From: Lysobacteraceae bacterium
Lineage (GTDB): Bacteria > Pseudomonadota > Gammaproteobacteria > Xanthomonadales > Xanthomonadaceae
Length of the DNA stretch: 64,000 nt
Direction of reading: 5' to 3'
Assembly: GCA_031415095.1 (NCBI GenBank)
Contig: JANORD010000363.1
Location: 1,557 to 65,556 of the forward strand
The notes under the pieces: generated by a model
Told to the model about the DNA's origin: nothing
Databases searched by the model: none
What the model saw: the letters and a program-made list of their open reading frames with translations, nothing else
Part shown: in pieces, positions 20,365 to 31,503 of the stretch
Layout of the letters: each line of letters opens with the position of its first letter
How positions within the stretch are numbered: position 1 is the stretch's first letter
Position numbers and translations under genes: made by a program

Positions 20365-22977
20365 TCATGGCGCCCTGAGGCGCTGCAGCAAGTCGCGGCA
20401 ATCGGGGGACAGGCGCGCTGCCTCCATGTTGGCCAGCGCGGACTGCGCCAAGCCGCGCTGCGGGGCCGCCAGACGCCGCCAGCTTTCGAAGGCGCCCAGC
20501 AGGCGCGCGGCTACCTGCGGATTGATAGCGTCCAGCACCACGATCTGTTCGGCCAGCAGCGCGTAGCCGGCGCCGTCGCGGCGATGCAGGCCCAGCGGGT
20601 TGCTGCGCGCGAACGCGCCCAGCAGCGCGCGCACGCGGTTGGGATTGGCCGGCTTCCACCACGGCGAAGCCAGCAGCGCCGCCACCGCATCGCGGGTTTC
20701 AGGGTGTGGGCGCGTGGCAACCAGGCTGATCCATTTGTCGGTCACCAGCGGGTCCTGTGCGAACTGCTGGCGAAACACATTCAGCGCGGCCTCGGCGCCG
20801 GGTGCGTCAAAGTGCAGCAGGCAGCGCAGCGCCGCGAGGCGTTCGGTCATGGTGGCGGCCGCCTCGAACTGAGCCTGGGCCAGCGCGGCCGCCGGATCCA
20901 AACGCGTCAGCCACGCCAGGCAGGCATTGCGCAGCGCGCGGGCGGCCATCGCAGGCCCCGAAAGACCCCGCCCGGCCGCGTCGGCCAACGCCGCATAGCG
21001 ATGCTCCAGGCGCTGCACCAGATCTTCGGCCAACTGGTCGAGCAAGACCTCGCGCGCGCCTACCAAGGCCTCCACGTCCACGGTGTCCGCCGCTTCGGCC
21101 AACGTGTCGAAATCCGGAAGCGCCAGGCACTCGGCCACGAACGCCGGATCCGCCGATTCATCCTCCAGCAGGTCGGCCAGCGCATCGCTGAGCGCCGACG
21201 CGGCCGCGGCGCGCTCGGGGCCACCCAGCAGCGCGGCCATGGCCAGGCGCTGCACCAGGTCCCAACGGTTGAAGGGGTCGCGCTCGATGCGCGCCAGCCG
21301 CGCCAAGTCGGCCGCGCTGTAGTCGAAATGCAGCTTCACCGGCGCCGCGAAACCGTGGTTGAACGCCGGCAGTGGCCGCGCGGCAAGTCCCCGCCAGCGC
21401 AGCACGTGGCGCGCTGCCACCAGTTCCACCAGGCCGGCGTGCACCGTTGCGTCGCACTGGGGCAGCGTGGTGATGGCGGCCCCGCTGGCGTCGTAAAGCG
21501 CGTAACGCAATGGCACGAGCAGCGGCCGCTTGCCTTCTTGGCTTGGCGTGGCCGGCGTGTGCTGGTCCACCGTGAGGCTGTAGTCGCCAGTAGCCGCATC
21601 AAAGTCCTCCTGGATGCGCAGCTCCGGCGTGCCGCCTTGCGCATACCAGCGTGCGAATTGCCCCAGGTCGCGGCCACTGACGGCCGCGTGCGCCGCCAGG
21701 AAATCCTCCAGAGTGGCCGCCCGGCCATCGTTGTCCGCGAAATAGCGGTCCATGCCGGCGCGGAACACCGGCTCGCCCAGCAGCGTGTGCAGCAAGCGCA
21801 CGATCTCGGCGCCCTTCTCGTAAACGGTGAGCGTGTAGAAATTGCTGATCTCGCGGTAGCGGTCCGGCCGCACCGCATGCGCCAGCGCACCGGCGTCCTC
21901 GGCGAACTGCCGGCCGCGCATCAGCCGCACGGCCTCGATGCGCTTGAGCGCGCGCGAATGCAGGTCGGCGCTGAACTCGCTGTCGCGGAACACCGTCAGC
22001 CCTTCCTTCAGCGACAGCTGGAACCAGTCGCGCAGCGTCACCCGGTTGCCCGACCAATTGTGCAGGTACTCGTGCGCCACCACCGATTCGATGCCCATGA
22101 AATCGGCGTCGGTGGCCGTGGCTTCATCGGCCAGGATGTAGCGGGCATTGAAGATGTTCAGACCCTTGTTTTCCATCGCGCCCATGGTGAAGTCCTGGGC
22201 CGCCACCACGTTGAACACGTCCAGGTCGTAGCCGCGGCCGAAGCGCCGCTCGTCCCAGCGCAGCGCACGTTCGACGGCGCCCAAGGCATAGCGACATCTC
22301 GCCACGTCGGCCGCCTCAGCCCAAACGTTGAGCTCCACGCGGCGGCCTTCGAAGGTGTCCAGCGTCTGCGTCACGCGCTCCAGCGGCCCGGCCGCGATGG
22401 CGAACAGGTAAGCGGGCGTGGGGTGGGGATTCTCCCAAATAGCCTCATGGCGTCCGTCATCCAGGACCCGCGAGCCCACCGGATTGCCGTTGGCCAGCAG
22501 CACCGGGTAGGCATCACGCGGCGCACGCAGCACGATACGCCAGCGCGGCATCACGTCCGGGCGATCGGCGAAGAAGGTGATGCGGCGGAAGCCTTCGGCC
22601 TCGCATTGCGTCAGCAGCAGCGCGCCGCTGGCGTACAGGCCCTCCAGGCGCGTGTTGGCGGCCGGGTGGATGGCCACTTCGGTCTGCAGCGTGAAGGCCA
22701 CGGTGGCGCCATGGACGTGCAGGTGGCGGCCGTCGTAGCGGTAGCGGGCGGCGTCCAGCGCCACGCCATCAATGGCGATGGCGCGCAGGTCCAGCGCCAC
22801 GCCATCGAGCACCAGCGGCGCACCGGACTGCGCTGGATCGGGCACCAGCTGCAGGCGTGCGCGGACCAGCGTTTGCTGCGGATCGATATCAAATTCAAGT
22901 TCGGCGTGGACAACCTGCCAGGCAGGCGGCGTGTAGTCGGCAAGATGGACGAAGCCATCCTCGCGGGGGGCGCTCAT
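20365..22977 (-). CDS. pepN: Aminopeptidase N (M1 family)
   Basis: TQCEAEGFRRIT, GAMENKGLNIFN, HEYLHNW...KEG, NPNRVRAL; start at ATG 22977 (MSAPREDG). Confidence 0.95.
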   Translation of the reverse strand: MSAPREDGFVHLADYTPPAWQVVHAELEFDIDPQQTLVRARLQLVPDPAQSGAPLVLDGVALDLRAIAIDGVALDAARYRYDGRHLHVHGATVAFTLQTEVAIHPAANTRLEGLYASGALLLTQCEAEGFRRITFFADRPDVMPRWRIVLRAPRDAYPVLLANGNPVGSRVLDDGRHEAIWENPHPTPAYLFAIAAGPLERVTQTLDTFEGRRVELNVWAEAADVARCRYALGAVERALRWDERRFGRGYDLDVFNVVAAQDFTMGAMENKGLNIFNARYILADEATATDADFMGIESVVAHEYLHNWSGNRVTLRDWFQLSLKEGLTVFRDSEFSADLHSRALKRIEAVRLMRGRQFAEDAGALAHAVRPDRYREISNFYTLTVYEKGAEIVRLLHTLLGEPVFRAGMDRYFADNDGRAATLEDFLAAHAAVSGRDLGQFARWYAQGGTPELRIQEDFDAATGDYSLTVDQHTPATPSQEGKRPLLVPLRYALYDASGAAITTLPQCDATVHAGLVELVAARHVLRWRGLAARPLPAFNHGFAAPVKLHFDYSAADLARLARIERDPFNRWDLVQRLAMAALLGGPERAAAASALSDALADLLEDESADPAFVAECLALPDFDTLAEAADTVDVEALVGAREVLLDQLAEDLVQRLEHRYAALADAAGRGLSGPAMAARALRNACLAWLTRLDPAAALAQAQFEAAATMTERLAALRCLLHFDAPGAEAALNVFRQQFAQDPLVTDKWISLVATRPHPETRDAVAALLASPWWKPANPNRVRALLGAFARSNPLGLHRRDGAGYALLAEQIVVLDAINPQVAARLLGAFESWRRLAAPQRGLAQSALANMEAARLSPDCRDLLQRLRAP

Positions 22978-23142
22978 TTGCGGCAATTTCCGGGGGGATT
23001 CGGGCTCGCTTAGGCTAGCACGCACGCCTTCTCGGACCGAACATGATCGAAGGCCTACTGACGCGCTGGCTGCCACATTCCAGGGCCGGGACAAACGGCA
23101 TTCGCTCGCGTATTCTCGGCTAAACCCCAAGCGAGCCCTTCC

Positions 23143-23907
23143 ATGCGCCCGAACGCAGTCGTCGCCAAGTTGCTGATCCTTTGGATTGCGCTGTATGCCG
23201 GGCACGCCGGCGCGCAAGTGATCGACGCCCGCGACACCGGCAACACGCTGGGCGTGGGCTTGCTCGCGAATACCGAGCCCTACAAGGGCCTGGACAGCGA
23301 GGTGTACGTCTTCCCCACCATCACCTGGCAAATCGGCCGCGTGTTCGTGCGCGAGACCGGCCTGGGCGTGCAGATCCTGGGGGACGAGAGCTGGTCGCTG
23401 GATGGCTTCGCCGAATGGCGCTTCGACGGCTACGACGCCGGCGACTCCGATTTCCTGGACGGGATGGACGACCGCGACGGCTCTCTCGACGCCGGCTTGG
23501 CCTACGTCCGTAGCTCCCCAACCTTCGGCAAGGTCACGCTCTCGCTCGGCGCCGACACGCTCGATCGCCACGGTGGCTACCAGGCCGACATCACCTGGTT
23601 GAAGCTCACCCGCTTCGGCGTGCCGGCGGTGCGGATCGCGTACTACAGCTCCTCGCTGGCCGACTACTACTTCGGCGTCGAAGCCAATGAGGCGGCCGTG
23701 GGGCGGCCGGCTTACTCGCCCGGCGCCGGCGTGGTCATCAACGCCAACCACTCCATCGGCGGTCGGCTCACCGACCGGTGGGGCTGGGTGGGTAGCGTCG
23801 GCGCGGACTTCTATCCCGACGACATCAGCGACAGCCCGATCATGGAAGACAGCTACCGCGCCTACGTGTTCGTGGGCGCGTCCTATAGCTTCCCCAAGGA
23901 CCTCTGA
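23143..23907 (+). CDS. MipA/OmpV family outer-membrane protein
   Basis: Signal peptide, EPYKG, LDGMDDRD, DYYFGV, ISDSPIM, C-terminal YSF. Confidence 0.88.
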   Translation: MRPNAVVAKLLILWIALYAGHAGAQVIDARDTGNTLGVGLLANTEPYKGLDSEVYVFPTITWQIGRVFVRETGLGVQILGDESWSLDGFAEWRFDGYDAGDSDFLDGMDDRDGSLDAGLAYVRSSPTFGKVTLSLGADTLDRHGGYQADITWLKLTRFGVPAVRIAYYSSSLADYYFGVEANEAAVGRPAYSPGAGVVINANHSIGGRLTDRWGWVGSVGADFYPDDISDSPIMEDSYRAYVFVGASYSFPKDL

Positions 23908-24019
23908 ACCGATAGCTATCGCCCCGGCTCAGGCCGTTGCCGGCGAGACGCCGCGCGCGAGTAGCTCGTGCGCCAGTTCAAGCGCGGCGTACAGGCTCGC
24001 TGGGGCTGAAGGACTCGTC

Positions 24020-25000
24020 ATGGATGCCACCCTTCCCAACTACGCCGACGTGCTGGCTGCCGCCGCGCGCATCGCGCCGCATGCGCAGGTGACGCCGGTG
24101 CTGCGCTCGCGCTCGCTCGATGCGCTGACGGGTGCGCAGCTGCACTTCAAATGCGAGAACTTCCAGCGCGTGGGTGCCTTCAAATTCCGCGGGGCCTGCA
24201 ATGCGGTGTGGGCGTTGGACGAGGCCACGGCGGCGCGCGGCGTGGTTACTCATTCCTCGGGAAATCACGGCGCGGCGCTGGCGCTGGCGGCGCGCGACCG
24301 CGGCATCCCCGTGCATGTGGTGGTGCCGGACAACGCCGTGGGCAGCAAGCTGGCGGCCATCGAGCGCCTTGGCGCCACGCTGCACCTGTGCGCGCCCGGC
24401 ATCCCGGCGCGCGAAGCGGCCGCCGCGCGCGTGCTGGCACAAACCAGCGGCACGCTGGTGCATCCTTACGCCGACGCGCAGGTGATTGCCGGCCAAGGCA
24501 CCGCGGCGCTTGAGCTGCTGGCCCAGGCCGGGCCGCTGGACGCCGTGCTCACGCCGGTGGGCGGCGGTGGCCTGGTGAGCGGAACGGCCCTGGCCTGCCA
24601 CGGCCAGGATGAGAACATCAGCGTGTACGGCGCGGAACCCGAAGGCGCCGCCGATGCCCATGATTCGCTGCTGCGCGGCGTGCGCGTGACCGACGGCGTC
24701 GCCAACACGATCTGCGACGGCCTGCGCGGCGCCCTGGGCGAGGTGAACTTCACCCTGCTCAGGGCGCACCGCGTGCAGGTGCTACTGGTGAGCGACGACG
24801 AAACGGTGGACGCCATGCGCCTGGTGTGGGAGCGGCTGAAGATCGTCATCGAGCCGTCCTGTGCCACCGTGCTGGCGGCGGTGCTGCGCTACCCCGACCC
24901 CTTCGCCGGCCGCCGTATCGGGCTTATCCTGACCGGAGGCAACGTGGACCTGGACGCCCTGCCCTGGTCACCCCGCTCCCAAGGAAAACCCAATGGCTGA
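24020..25000 (+). CDS. PLP-dependent Ser/Thr dehydratase / serine racemase family
   Basis: KCENFQRVGAFKFRGA, SSGNH, PVGGGGL, TGGNVD. Confidence 0.92.
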   Translation: MDATLPNYADVLAAAARIAPHAQVTPVLRSRSLDALTGAQLHFKCENFQRVGAFKFRGACNAVWALDEATAARGVVTHSSGNHGAALALAARDRGIPVHVVVPDNAVGSKLAAIERLGATLHLCAPGIPAREAAAARVLAQTSGTLVHPYADAQVIAGQGTAALELLAQAGPLDAVLTPVGGGGLVSGTALACHGQDENISVYGAEPEGAADAHDSLLRGVRVTDGVANTICDGLRGALGEVNFTLLRAHRVQVLLVSDDETVDAMRLVWERLKIVIEPSCATVLAAVLRYPDPFAGRRIGLILTGGNVDLDALPWSPRSQGKPNG

Positions 25001-25439
25001 CGAAACCACCGAATGGACCGGCTCGCCCTCCCAGCTGCAAAACCTGGGCTGGTTCATCGCCTGCGTGCTGCTCATCCCCATTCCCTGGGCGCTGTGGCGC
25101 TGGCTGAAGACGCGCAGCACGGTGTACACGCTCACCGACCAGCGCCTGAACACCCGCCACGGCGTGTTCACTCGCGTCACCGAAGACCTCGAGCTTTACC
25201 GCGTGCGCGACACCAAGGTGGAGCAGGACTTCTTCGAGCGGATGTTCGGGCTGGGCGAAGTGATCCTCTACACCACCGATGCCAGCACGCCGGAAGTGCG
25301 CTTGGCTTACATCAAGGACGCCGTGCCGCTGCGCGAAACGCTGCGCCGCCTGGTGGAAGCGCGCCGCGATCTCAAGCGCGTGCGCCCGATCGAATCCGGG
25401 CACGACAGCCATCAGGGCCATGAGGACCTGGGCGCCTAG
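24993..25439 (+). CDS. Bacterial PH-domain membrane protein
   Basis: One TM segment, then YTLTDQRL...LELYRVRD...ERMFGLG. Confidence 0.78.
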   Translation: MADETTEWTGSPSQLQNLGWFIACVLLIPIPWALWRWLKTRSTVYTLTDQRLNTRHGVFTRVTEDLELYRVRDTKVEQDFFERMFGLGEVILYTTDASTPEVRLAYIKDAVPLRETLRRLVEARRDLKRVRPIESGHDSHQGHEDLGA

Positions 25440-25444
25440 CGCGC

Positions 25445-26173
25445 TCAGCCCGGCGGACTGCGCTCCAGCACTTCTTCCAGCACCCAGCGCAGCGAGCTGC
25501 CGTCGGCCGGCGGGTTGGCCACCGGCAGTTCGCGCACGCGGATGACGTACTCCACGCCCACCTGCCAGTCGAAGCCCTCGATCTCGCCGTAGTGCGCCTG
25601 CCAATCGGCGCCTGGCGTGCTGCGCACCTGCAGGCACAGCATGGGCGCGACGCCGGTGCAGGGCACGCGCTGGCCGGCCACCTGCAAGATGCGCTCGCGG
25701 CCCTCGGCGGGCAGCAGCTCGCGGCTGTCGAAGCGCCAGAGCCCGCCATCGGCAGCCACCAAGCGCAGGAACGGCCCTTCGAACTCGAGAGTGAACGGCT
25801 GCGCCATCGCCGCCAGCAGCGCCGCCTCGCGCTTCATGATTTCCGGCGGGCACAGCATCTTGGTGCTGGCCACGGCGCCGCCCTCCTTGCCCAGCGTCAG
25901 CTGCGCGCCGGTGCGCGTCCAGGCGCCGCCGTGGCGGTTGCAGGGGCCGCGCAGCGAAAACCGATCGCTCTGGAAGCTGAGCGTGGCGGCGCCGGCGCCT
26001 GAGAGCGTGACGCCGGGGCGGCTGTCGGGCGCCGAGATCAGCTGCCAGGAAACGCCCTCCAGGCTTTGCTTGCCCGATGTCATGGCCGTGGGCTCGATGC
26101 TTGATGTGGCGCAGCCGGCCAACGCCAGCGCGACCGCGGCGGCAAGCAAAAGGGGAAATCGGCAAGGGCGCAT
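25445..26173 (-). CDS. META + DUF4377 domain lipoprotein
   Basis: Lipobox LAGC; GPCNR, STKMLC (META); CTGVAPMLCLQVR, IEGF, PADGSS (DUF4377). Confidence 0.85.
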   Translation of the reverse strand: MRPCRFPLLLAAAVALALAGCATSSIEPTAMTSGKQSLEGVSWQLISAPDSRPGVTLSGAGAATLSFQSDRFSLRGPCNRHGGAWTRTGAQLTLGKEGGAVASTKMLCPPEIMKREAALLAAMAQPFTLEFEGPFLRLVAADGGLWRFDSRELLPAEGRERILQVAGQRVPCTGVAPMLCLQVRSTPGADWQAHYGEIEGFDWQVGVEYVIRVRELPVANPPADGSSLRWVLEEVLERSPPG

Positions 26174-26207
26174 GGGCAACTCCGTGGCGTAGTGCGACAC
26201 CGGCAGT

Positions 26208-27083
26208 CTAGCGCCGCCGCACCGCGATACGGTCGGCCGGGAAACTGGCCAGGTCGCCGCCACCCTCGCGCCGCGGCGCCCCGGGGTCCGGGCCCCAGGC
26301 CTGCGCCGTGATCACTTCCCAGGTGCTGGGCAGCACGCCGTCGCGGCGCAGGGTTTCGTAGTGCGCGGTCACGCGCTCCAGGCGCGCGCGGCCGCCCAGG
26401 CCGCGGCGGCGCGCGCTGCGGGCATCGCCGGCGCCAATCGCCCGCAGTTCGCGCATCAGCGCACGCAGGTCGGGGTAAGTGAGCGTGTAGCGGTCGCGGT
26501 CCAGCACCGGGTCCTTGAAGCCAGCCGCCAGCATCGCGTCGCCCACTTGCTGGATGGCGGCAAACGGCGACAGCGGCGGTTCTTCACCAGCGGCACGGTA
26601 GGCCTCGCGCAGCTCCAGCAGCGTGTCGGGCCCGAAGGTGGAAAACAGCAGCAGCCCGCCGGACCGCAGCACGCGCCGGAACTCCGACAGCACCGCCGGC
26701 AGGTTTTCCACCCACTGCAGGCACAGGCTGGAAAAAATCACGTCGGCGCACTGGTCGGCCAGCGGCAGCTGCGCCACGTCGGCGCACACGCGCCGCACCG
26801 GGCGCCAGAAGCGCGTGTGCCGCGGCACTTCGCGCAGCATGGGCAGGGCGGCATCCAGCGCGATCACCTCGGCCTTGGGCCAGCGCTTTTTCATCGCGCC
26901 GGCGGCGCGGCCCGGGCCGCTGCCCAAGTCCAGGATTCGCAGTGGCTGGCGGTCATCCAGATAGTCGAGCTGCTCCAGCAGCCGCGCTTCCACCTCGCGC
27001 TGCAGCGCGGCCACCGCGGCGTAGTTGGGCGCAGCGCGGCCGAAGGCGCGGCGCAGCTGGCGGCGGTCGAACAGCGCACTCAT
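26208..27083 (-). CDS. bioC: Malonyl-ACP O-methyltransferase BioC
   Basis: LDLGSGPG SAM motif, FSTFGPDTL; bio operon context. Confidence 0.95.
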   Translation of the reverse strand: MSALFDRRQLRRAFGRAAPNYAAVAALQREVEARLLEQLDYLDDRQPLRILDLGSGPGRAAGAMKKRWPKAEVIALDAALPMLREVPRHTRFWRPVRRVCADVAQLPLADQCADVIFSSLCLQWVENLPAVLSEFRRVLRSGGLLLFSTFGPDTLLELREAYRAAGEEPPLSPFAAIQQVGDAMLAAGFKDPVLDRDRYTLTYPDLRALMRELRAIGAGDARSARRRGLGGRARLERVTAHYETLRRDGVLPSTWEVITAQAWGPDPGAPRREGGGDLASFPADRIAVRRR

Positions 27084-27856
27084 GGCGGGCAGGCCGCGTG
27101 CAGTGCCAGCAATGCCTCGGCCACTTCGTCGGCGTGGCTGAGGAAGGGCGCATGGCCGCCGCTTTGCACGCTATGGATTTGCGAGCGCGGTGCCAGCGCG
27201 GCGGCTGACGCCATCGCCGCCGGCGACACCAGCCGATCGCGACGCCCCGCGATCCAGGCGCTGGGCATCGCCAGCCCGGGCAGCGCCGCGCGCAGGTCGC
27301 TGCCTTCCAGCAGCGCCAAGCCGTCGCACAGCACGGCCGCGTCGGGCTCGCCGTGGGCGAAGACTTCCGCGCGCAGCTGCCGCAGTTCATCGCGCACGTG
27401 GTCCGAGCCCTGCGCTTCGAGCATTAGGAAACGGTCCAGGGTGCCGCGGTAGTCGCGCTGAAGTTCGCTGGCAAACGTGCGGAATATCGCCGCGTCCATG
27501 CCCTGCGGCCAATCGGGCGCGCGGACGAAGCGCGGGCTGGCCGCCACCATGGCCAGGCCGCGCACGCGCGCGGGCAAGGTGGCCGCGGCCTGCAGGGCCA
27601 CCAGCCCACCCAGCGACCAGCCCAGCCAAAGCGCGCGTGCGGGCACCACCGCAGCCACGGCGGCGGCGGCCTTGTCCAAGGTGAGCGGCACGCCGGCATC
27701 GCGACTGCGGCCGTGGCCGGGCAGGTCCACCAGGTGCAGACTGAAGTTCGCCTCCAGCCGCGCCACCAGCGGCGCAAAGATGCCCGCGTGCATGGCCCAG
27801 CCGTGCAGCAGCACCAGGGCCGGGCCCTGGCCGCGCACCTCATGGAACAGGCTCAT
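27080..27856 (-). CDS. bioH: Pimeloyl-ACP methyl ester esterase BioH
   Basis: [19 protein letters not shown]; start ATG 27856 overlaps bioF stop. Confidence 0.95.
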   Translation of the reverse strand: MSLFHEVRGQGPALVLLHGWAMHAGIFAPLVARLEANFSLHLVDLPGHGRSRDAGVPLTLDKAAAAVAAVVPARALWLGWSLGGLVALQAAATLPARVRGLAMVAASPRFVRAPDWPQGMDAAIFRTFASELQRDYRGTLDRFLMLEAQGSDHVRDELRQLRAEVFAHGEPDAAVLCDGLALLEGSDLRAALPGLAMPSAWIAGRRDRLVSPAAMASAAALAPRSQIHSVQSGGHAPFLSHADEVAEALLALHAACPP

Positions 27857-29046
27857 GCGCTGATCGGGTCGGGCCGCGCCTGCACGGCTTCGGCCAGCGC
27901 CGCCAGCAGTCCGTTCACGTCGGCCTCGGTGTGGTCCACGCCCAGCGTGACGCGCAGGCGCGCCTGGCCGTCGGGAACGGTGGGGGGGCGGATGGCAGTG
28001 ACCAGGTAACCCTGGATTTCGAGCGAATGTGCAACGGCCAGCGCGCGCGCGTTGTCGCCCAGCAGGATGGGCTGGATAGGCGTGAATGATTCCTGCAGCG
28101 GCAGCCCCAGCGCCAAGGCGCCGCGGCGGAAGCGCGCCACCAGCGAAGCGAGCTTGGCCCGGCGCCACGGCTGGGTGCGGATCAGGCGCAGGCTGGCGCG
28201 CATGGCGGCGGCCATCGCCGGCGCCGGTGCGGTGGAAAAAAGATAAGGCCGCGCGGTTTCCGCGACGTGGCCAATCAAGGCGTGGCTGCCCAGCAGCATC
28301 GCGCCCTGGCCGCCGAAGGCTTTGCCCAGCGGCACCAGCAGCAGCGGCACTTCGCGTGCGCGCAGGCCGGCCACCGCCAGGCTGCCGCGTCCTTCCGGGC
28401 CCAGCACGCCGATGCCGTGCGCGTCGTCCACGAACAGCAGCGCGTCCTGCGTGCGCGCCACCAGCGCCAGGTCGGCAAGCGGCGCCTGGTCGCCGTCCAT
28501 GCTGAAAACGCCGTCGGTGGCCAGCATCGCGGCGCCGTCGCGGCGCGACATCAGCTGGCGCAGCGCCGCCTCCACGTCGGCGTGCGGGTAGCGCTTGAGC
28601 TCGCAGCCCGACAGCCGCGCACCGTCGATCAGGCAGGCGTGGTTCAACTTGTCCTGAACGCAGGTGTCGCCCTCGCCCAGCAGCGACTGCATCACCGCCA
28701 GATTGGCGAGATACCCGCTGCCGAACAGCAGGCCGCGCTCATAGCCCAGCCACTGCGCCATTTCCCACTCAAGGGCGGCGTGCTCGGCGTGGTGGCCGCT
28801 GACGCCGGCCGAACCGGTGCTGCCTACGCCGTGCCACGCCGCCGCTTCTTGCAGCGCGCTCACTACGTCCAGGTGCTGGCTCAGGCCCAGGTAGTCGTTG
28901 CTGCAGAAGCTGGTGAGCGTGCGGCCATCAATAAGTACGCGCGCGCCTTCGCGCGCTTCCACTTCGCGGCGCACGCGGGTGGCCGCGGTGGCCAAGCGCT
29001 GCGCGCGGGCCGCCGCCAAGCGTTCGGCGAGGCGAGTGCGCGCCAT
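27853..29046 (-). CDS. bioF: 8-amino-7-oxononanoate synthase
   Basis: [39 protein letters not shown]. Confidence 0.95.
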   Translation of the reverse strand: MARTRLAERLAAARAQRLATAATRVRREVEAREGARVLIDGRTLTSFCSNDYLGLSQHLDVVSALQEAAAWHGVGSTGSAGVSGHHAEHAALEWEMAQWLGYERGLLFGSGYLANLAVMQSLLGEGDTCVQDKLNHACLIDGARLSGCELKRYPHADVEAALRQLMSRRDGAAMLATDGVFSMDGDQAPLADLALVARTQDALLFVDDAHGIGVLGPEGRGSLAVAGLRAREVPLLLVPLGKAFGGQGAMLLGSHALIGHVAETARPYLFSTAPAPAMAAAMRASLRLIRTQPWRRAKLASLVARFRRGALALGLPLQESFTPIQPILLGDNARALAVAHSLEIQGYLVTAIRPPTVPDGQARLRVTLGVDHTEADVNGLLAALAEAVQARPDPISA

Positions 29047-29047
29047 C

Positions 29048-30064
29048 TCAGGCGGCGCAGGCAGGGTTGGCGGGCACGGCGATCTCGGCGTGCACGGTGG
29101 TGGATTCGTGCACCACCTGCATCGGCCGCAGCCCCAGGCGTTGGAACAGCGCCTGGTCGGCCGCCACGTCGGGGTTGCCCGTGGTCAGCAGCTTCTCGCC
29201 GTAGAAGATGGAGTTGGCGCCGGCCAGGAAGCACAGCGCCTGCAACTCGTCATTCATCTCGGCGCGGCCGGCCGACAGCCGCACCATGGACGCCGGCATC
29301 AGCACGCGGGCCACCGCCACAGTGCGCACGAACTCGAAGGAGTCGAGCAGCGCGGTGCCCTGCAGCGGCGTGCCCTCCACTTGGACCAAACGGTTGATGG
29401 GCACCGAATCGGGATGCGCCGGCAGGTTGGCCAGCGCCTGCAGCAGGCCGGCGCGCTGGGCGCGGGTTTCGCCCATGCCGACGATGCCGCCGCAGCAGGT
29501 CTTCATGCCCGCGTCGCGCACGTGCCCCAGCGTGTCCAGGCGGTCCTGGTACTCGCGGGTGTGGATCACCTCACCGTAGAACTCGGGCGCGGTGTCCAGG
29601 TTGTGGTTGTAGTAGTCCAGGCCAGCGGCGCGCAGGGCCTGCGCCTGGTGGCCTTCCAGCATGCCCAGGGTGGCGCAGGTTTCCAGGCCCAGGGCCTTCA
29701 CTTCGCGGATCATCGCCGCCACTTTCGGGATGTCGCGGTCCTTGGGGCTGCGCCAGGCGGCGCCCATGCAAAAACGCGAGGCGCCGGCGGCCTTGGCGGC
29801 TCGGGCTTTCTCCAGCACGTCCTCCAGGCCCATCAGCTTCTGCGCTTCCACGCCGGTGCTGTAGCGCGCGGCCTGCGGACAGTAAGCGCAGTCCTCGGGG
29901 CAGCCGCCGGTCTTCACCGACAGCAGCGTGGACACCTGCACTTCGCTGGGATCGAAGCGCTCGCGATGCACCGCCGCGGCGCGCGCCATCAGCTCCGGGA
30001 AAGGCAGGTCGAACAGCGCGATGACTTCTTCGCGCGACCAATCGTGGCGGATGACAGCAGGCAT
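29048..30064 (-). CDS. bioB: Biotin synthase
   Basis: CPEDCAYC radical SAM motif, [20 protein letters not shown]; start ATG 30064. Confidence 0.97.
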   Translation of the reverse strand: MPAVIRHDWSREEVIALFDLPFPELMARAAAVHRERFDPSEVQVSTLLSVKTGGCPEDCAYCPQAARYSTGVEAQKLMGLEDVLEKARAAKAAGASRFCMGAAWRSPKDRDIPKVAAMIREVKALGLETCATLGMLEGHQAQALRAAGLDYYNHNLDTAPEFYGEVIHTREYQDRLDTLGHVRDAGMKTCCGGIVGMGETRAQRAGLLQALANLPAHPDSVPINRLVQVEGTPLQGTALLDSFEFVRTVAVARVLMPASMVRLSAGRAEMNDELQALCFLAGANSIFYGEKLLTTGNPDVAADQALFQRLGLRPMQVVHESTTVHAEIAVPANPACAA

Positions 30065-30124
30065 GGCGAAATCCCGACGGCGCGCGGCAGCGCAGAGCGG
30101 CAGTCTGGTGAGCATGCCGAAAGC

Positions 30125-30156
30125 TGTCAACCAAACGCAGGGGCGCCGGGTCGACG
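30125..30156. promoter_or_regulatory. BirA-type biotin operator
   Basis: TGTCAACC-N16-GGTCGACG imperfect palindrome between divergent bioB and comF. Confidence 0.6.
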
Positions 30157-30172
30157 GCCACGGCGGGCGCCG

Positions 30173-30856
30173 GTGAGACTGGCGCAGTGGCTTGCGCAGT
30201 GCTTGCTGCCCGCGCGCTGCCTGCTCTGCGGCGAGCCGGGCAGCGGCGGGGTGGATCTGTGCGCCGCGTGTCGCGGCGAACTCCCGTGGGCGCGGTCCGC
30301 GTGCCTGGGCTGCGCGCTGCCGCTGCCGGACGGCGGGCAGACCTGCTGTGGCTGCCTGGCCGGCGCGCCGCCATCAGCCCGCACCTGCGCCACCCTGCTC
30401 TATCACCCGCCGGTGGACCGCCTGCTGCTGCGCTTCAAGTTCCACGGCGACCTGGCCGCGGGCGCCGTACTGGCGGCGCTGATGGCCGAGGCAATGGCCG
30501 GCGCCGAGCCACCGCAGGCGCTGGTGCCGGTGCCCCTCCATCGCAGCCGCCTGCGCCAGCGCGGCTACGACCAGGCGCTGGAACTGGCGCGGCCGCTGGC
30601 GGCGGCACTGGGCCTGCCGCTGCAGCCGCGGCTGCTGCGTCGCATCCGCGCCACCGCGCCGCAGTCGGAGCTGGGCGCTGCGGCCAGGCAGGGCAACGTG
30701 CGCGGTGCATTCGCGGCAGCGGCCACGCCCCTGCGCCACGTGGCGCTAGTGGACGACGTGATGACCACCGGCGCCACCGTGCACGCGGCCGCACGCGCGC
30801 TGCAGTGCGCCGGCGTGGCGCGGGTGGACGTGTGGGTGTGCGCGCGCGTGCCCTGA
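30173..30856 (+). CDS. comF: ComF family protein (Zn finger + PRTase-like)
   Basis: CLLC/CAAC/CLGC zinc sites, [23 protein letters not shown]; start (GTG 30173) uncertain. Confidence 0.9.
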   Translation: MRLAQWLAQCLLPARCLLCGEPGSGGVDLCAACRGELPWARSACLGCALPLPDGGQTCCGCLAGAPPSARTCATLLYHPPVDRLLLRFKFHGDLAAGAVLAALMAEAMAGAEPPQALVPVPLHRSRLRQRGYDQALELARPLAAALGLPLQPRLLRRIRATAPQSELGAAARQGNVRGAFAAAATPLRHVALVDDVMTTGATVHAAARALQCAGVARVDVWVCARVP

Positions 30857-30935
30857 GCCGCCCGGCGGCGACGTCGCCTATCCACGGCAGCGCGCCTTGC
30901 CGCATCATGCCCGCACCAATCAAAGGGGAAGCCGC

Positions 30936-31484
30936 ATGAACAGCACCGAAGCTCCAACCGTGTCGCGCAGCTGGTGGGTGGTGGTTTTCTTCGGCATCGT
31001 CAGCGTGCTGTTTGGCCTCTATCTGCTCTATCAGCCGGTGCGTGCCACCGCGGCGCTGGCGTGGGCGTTCGGCGTGCTGGCCTTGGCCGAGGGCCTGGGC
31101 AGCCTGTTCGCCGTGTTCGACCGCAGGGTGAAGCTGCCCAAGGCGTGGCTGCTGCTCTACGGCGTGTCGTCCATCGTGTTCGGCGTAGTGGCGGTCTCCA
31201 ACCCCTTGGCCGTCGCCGGCATCCTGCTGCTGTTCCTGGCCTCGTGGCTGATCGTGGCGGGCGTGTTCCGCATCCTGTTCGCCATCAAGGTGCGCAAGGA
31301 AATCGAGGGCGAGTGGCTGATTGCGCTCAGCGGCGTGCTGGCGATCGCACTGGGTGTCATGTTCCTGGCCAATCCGGCCCGGGCCATGGTGGCAGCCGCC
31401 ATCTGGATCGGCGTGGCCTCGCTGTTTTACGGCGCGCTGCAGATTGGCGCCGGCTTCCGGCTGCGGGGCCGCAAGGCCGCCTGA
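30936..31484 (+). CDS. HdeD/DUF308 family membrane protein
   Basis: SRSWW...FGIVSVLFG repeats of short TM pairs; RBS AGGGGA. Confidence 0.85.
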   Translation: MNSTEAPTVSRSWWVVVFFGIVSVLFGLYLLYQPVRATAALAWAFGVLALAEGLGSLFAVFDRRVKLPKAWLLLYGVSSIVFGVVAVSNPLAVAGILLLFLASWLIVAGVFRILFAIKVRKEIEGEWLIALSGVLAIALGVMFLANPARAMVAAAIWIGVASLFYGALQIGAGFRLRGRKAA

Positions 31485-31503
31485 GGCGCGTCACGCCGCG
31501 GGC

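Noticed and set aside
22978-23751. 1128-aa extended PepN from the ORF track
   Set aside because: The extension is antisense to the MipA gene; PepN similarity starts near ATG 22977
26208-30064. Incomplete biotin pathway (no bioA or bioD)
   Set aside because: These genes are often located elsewhere; absence from this window is uninformative
28898-30172. 652-aa ComF fusion
   Set aside because: The upstream part is antisense to bioB/bioF; only the last 228 codons are ComF
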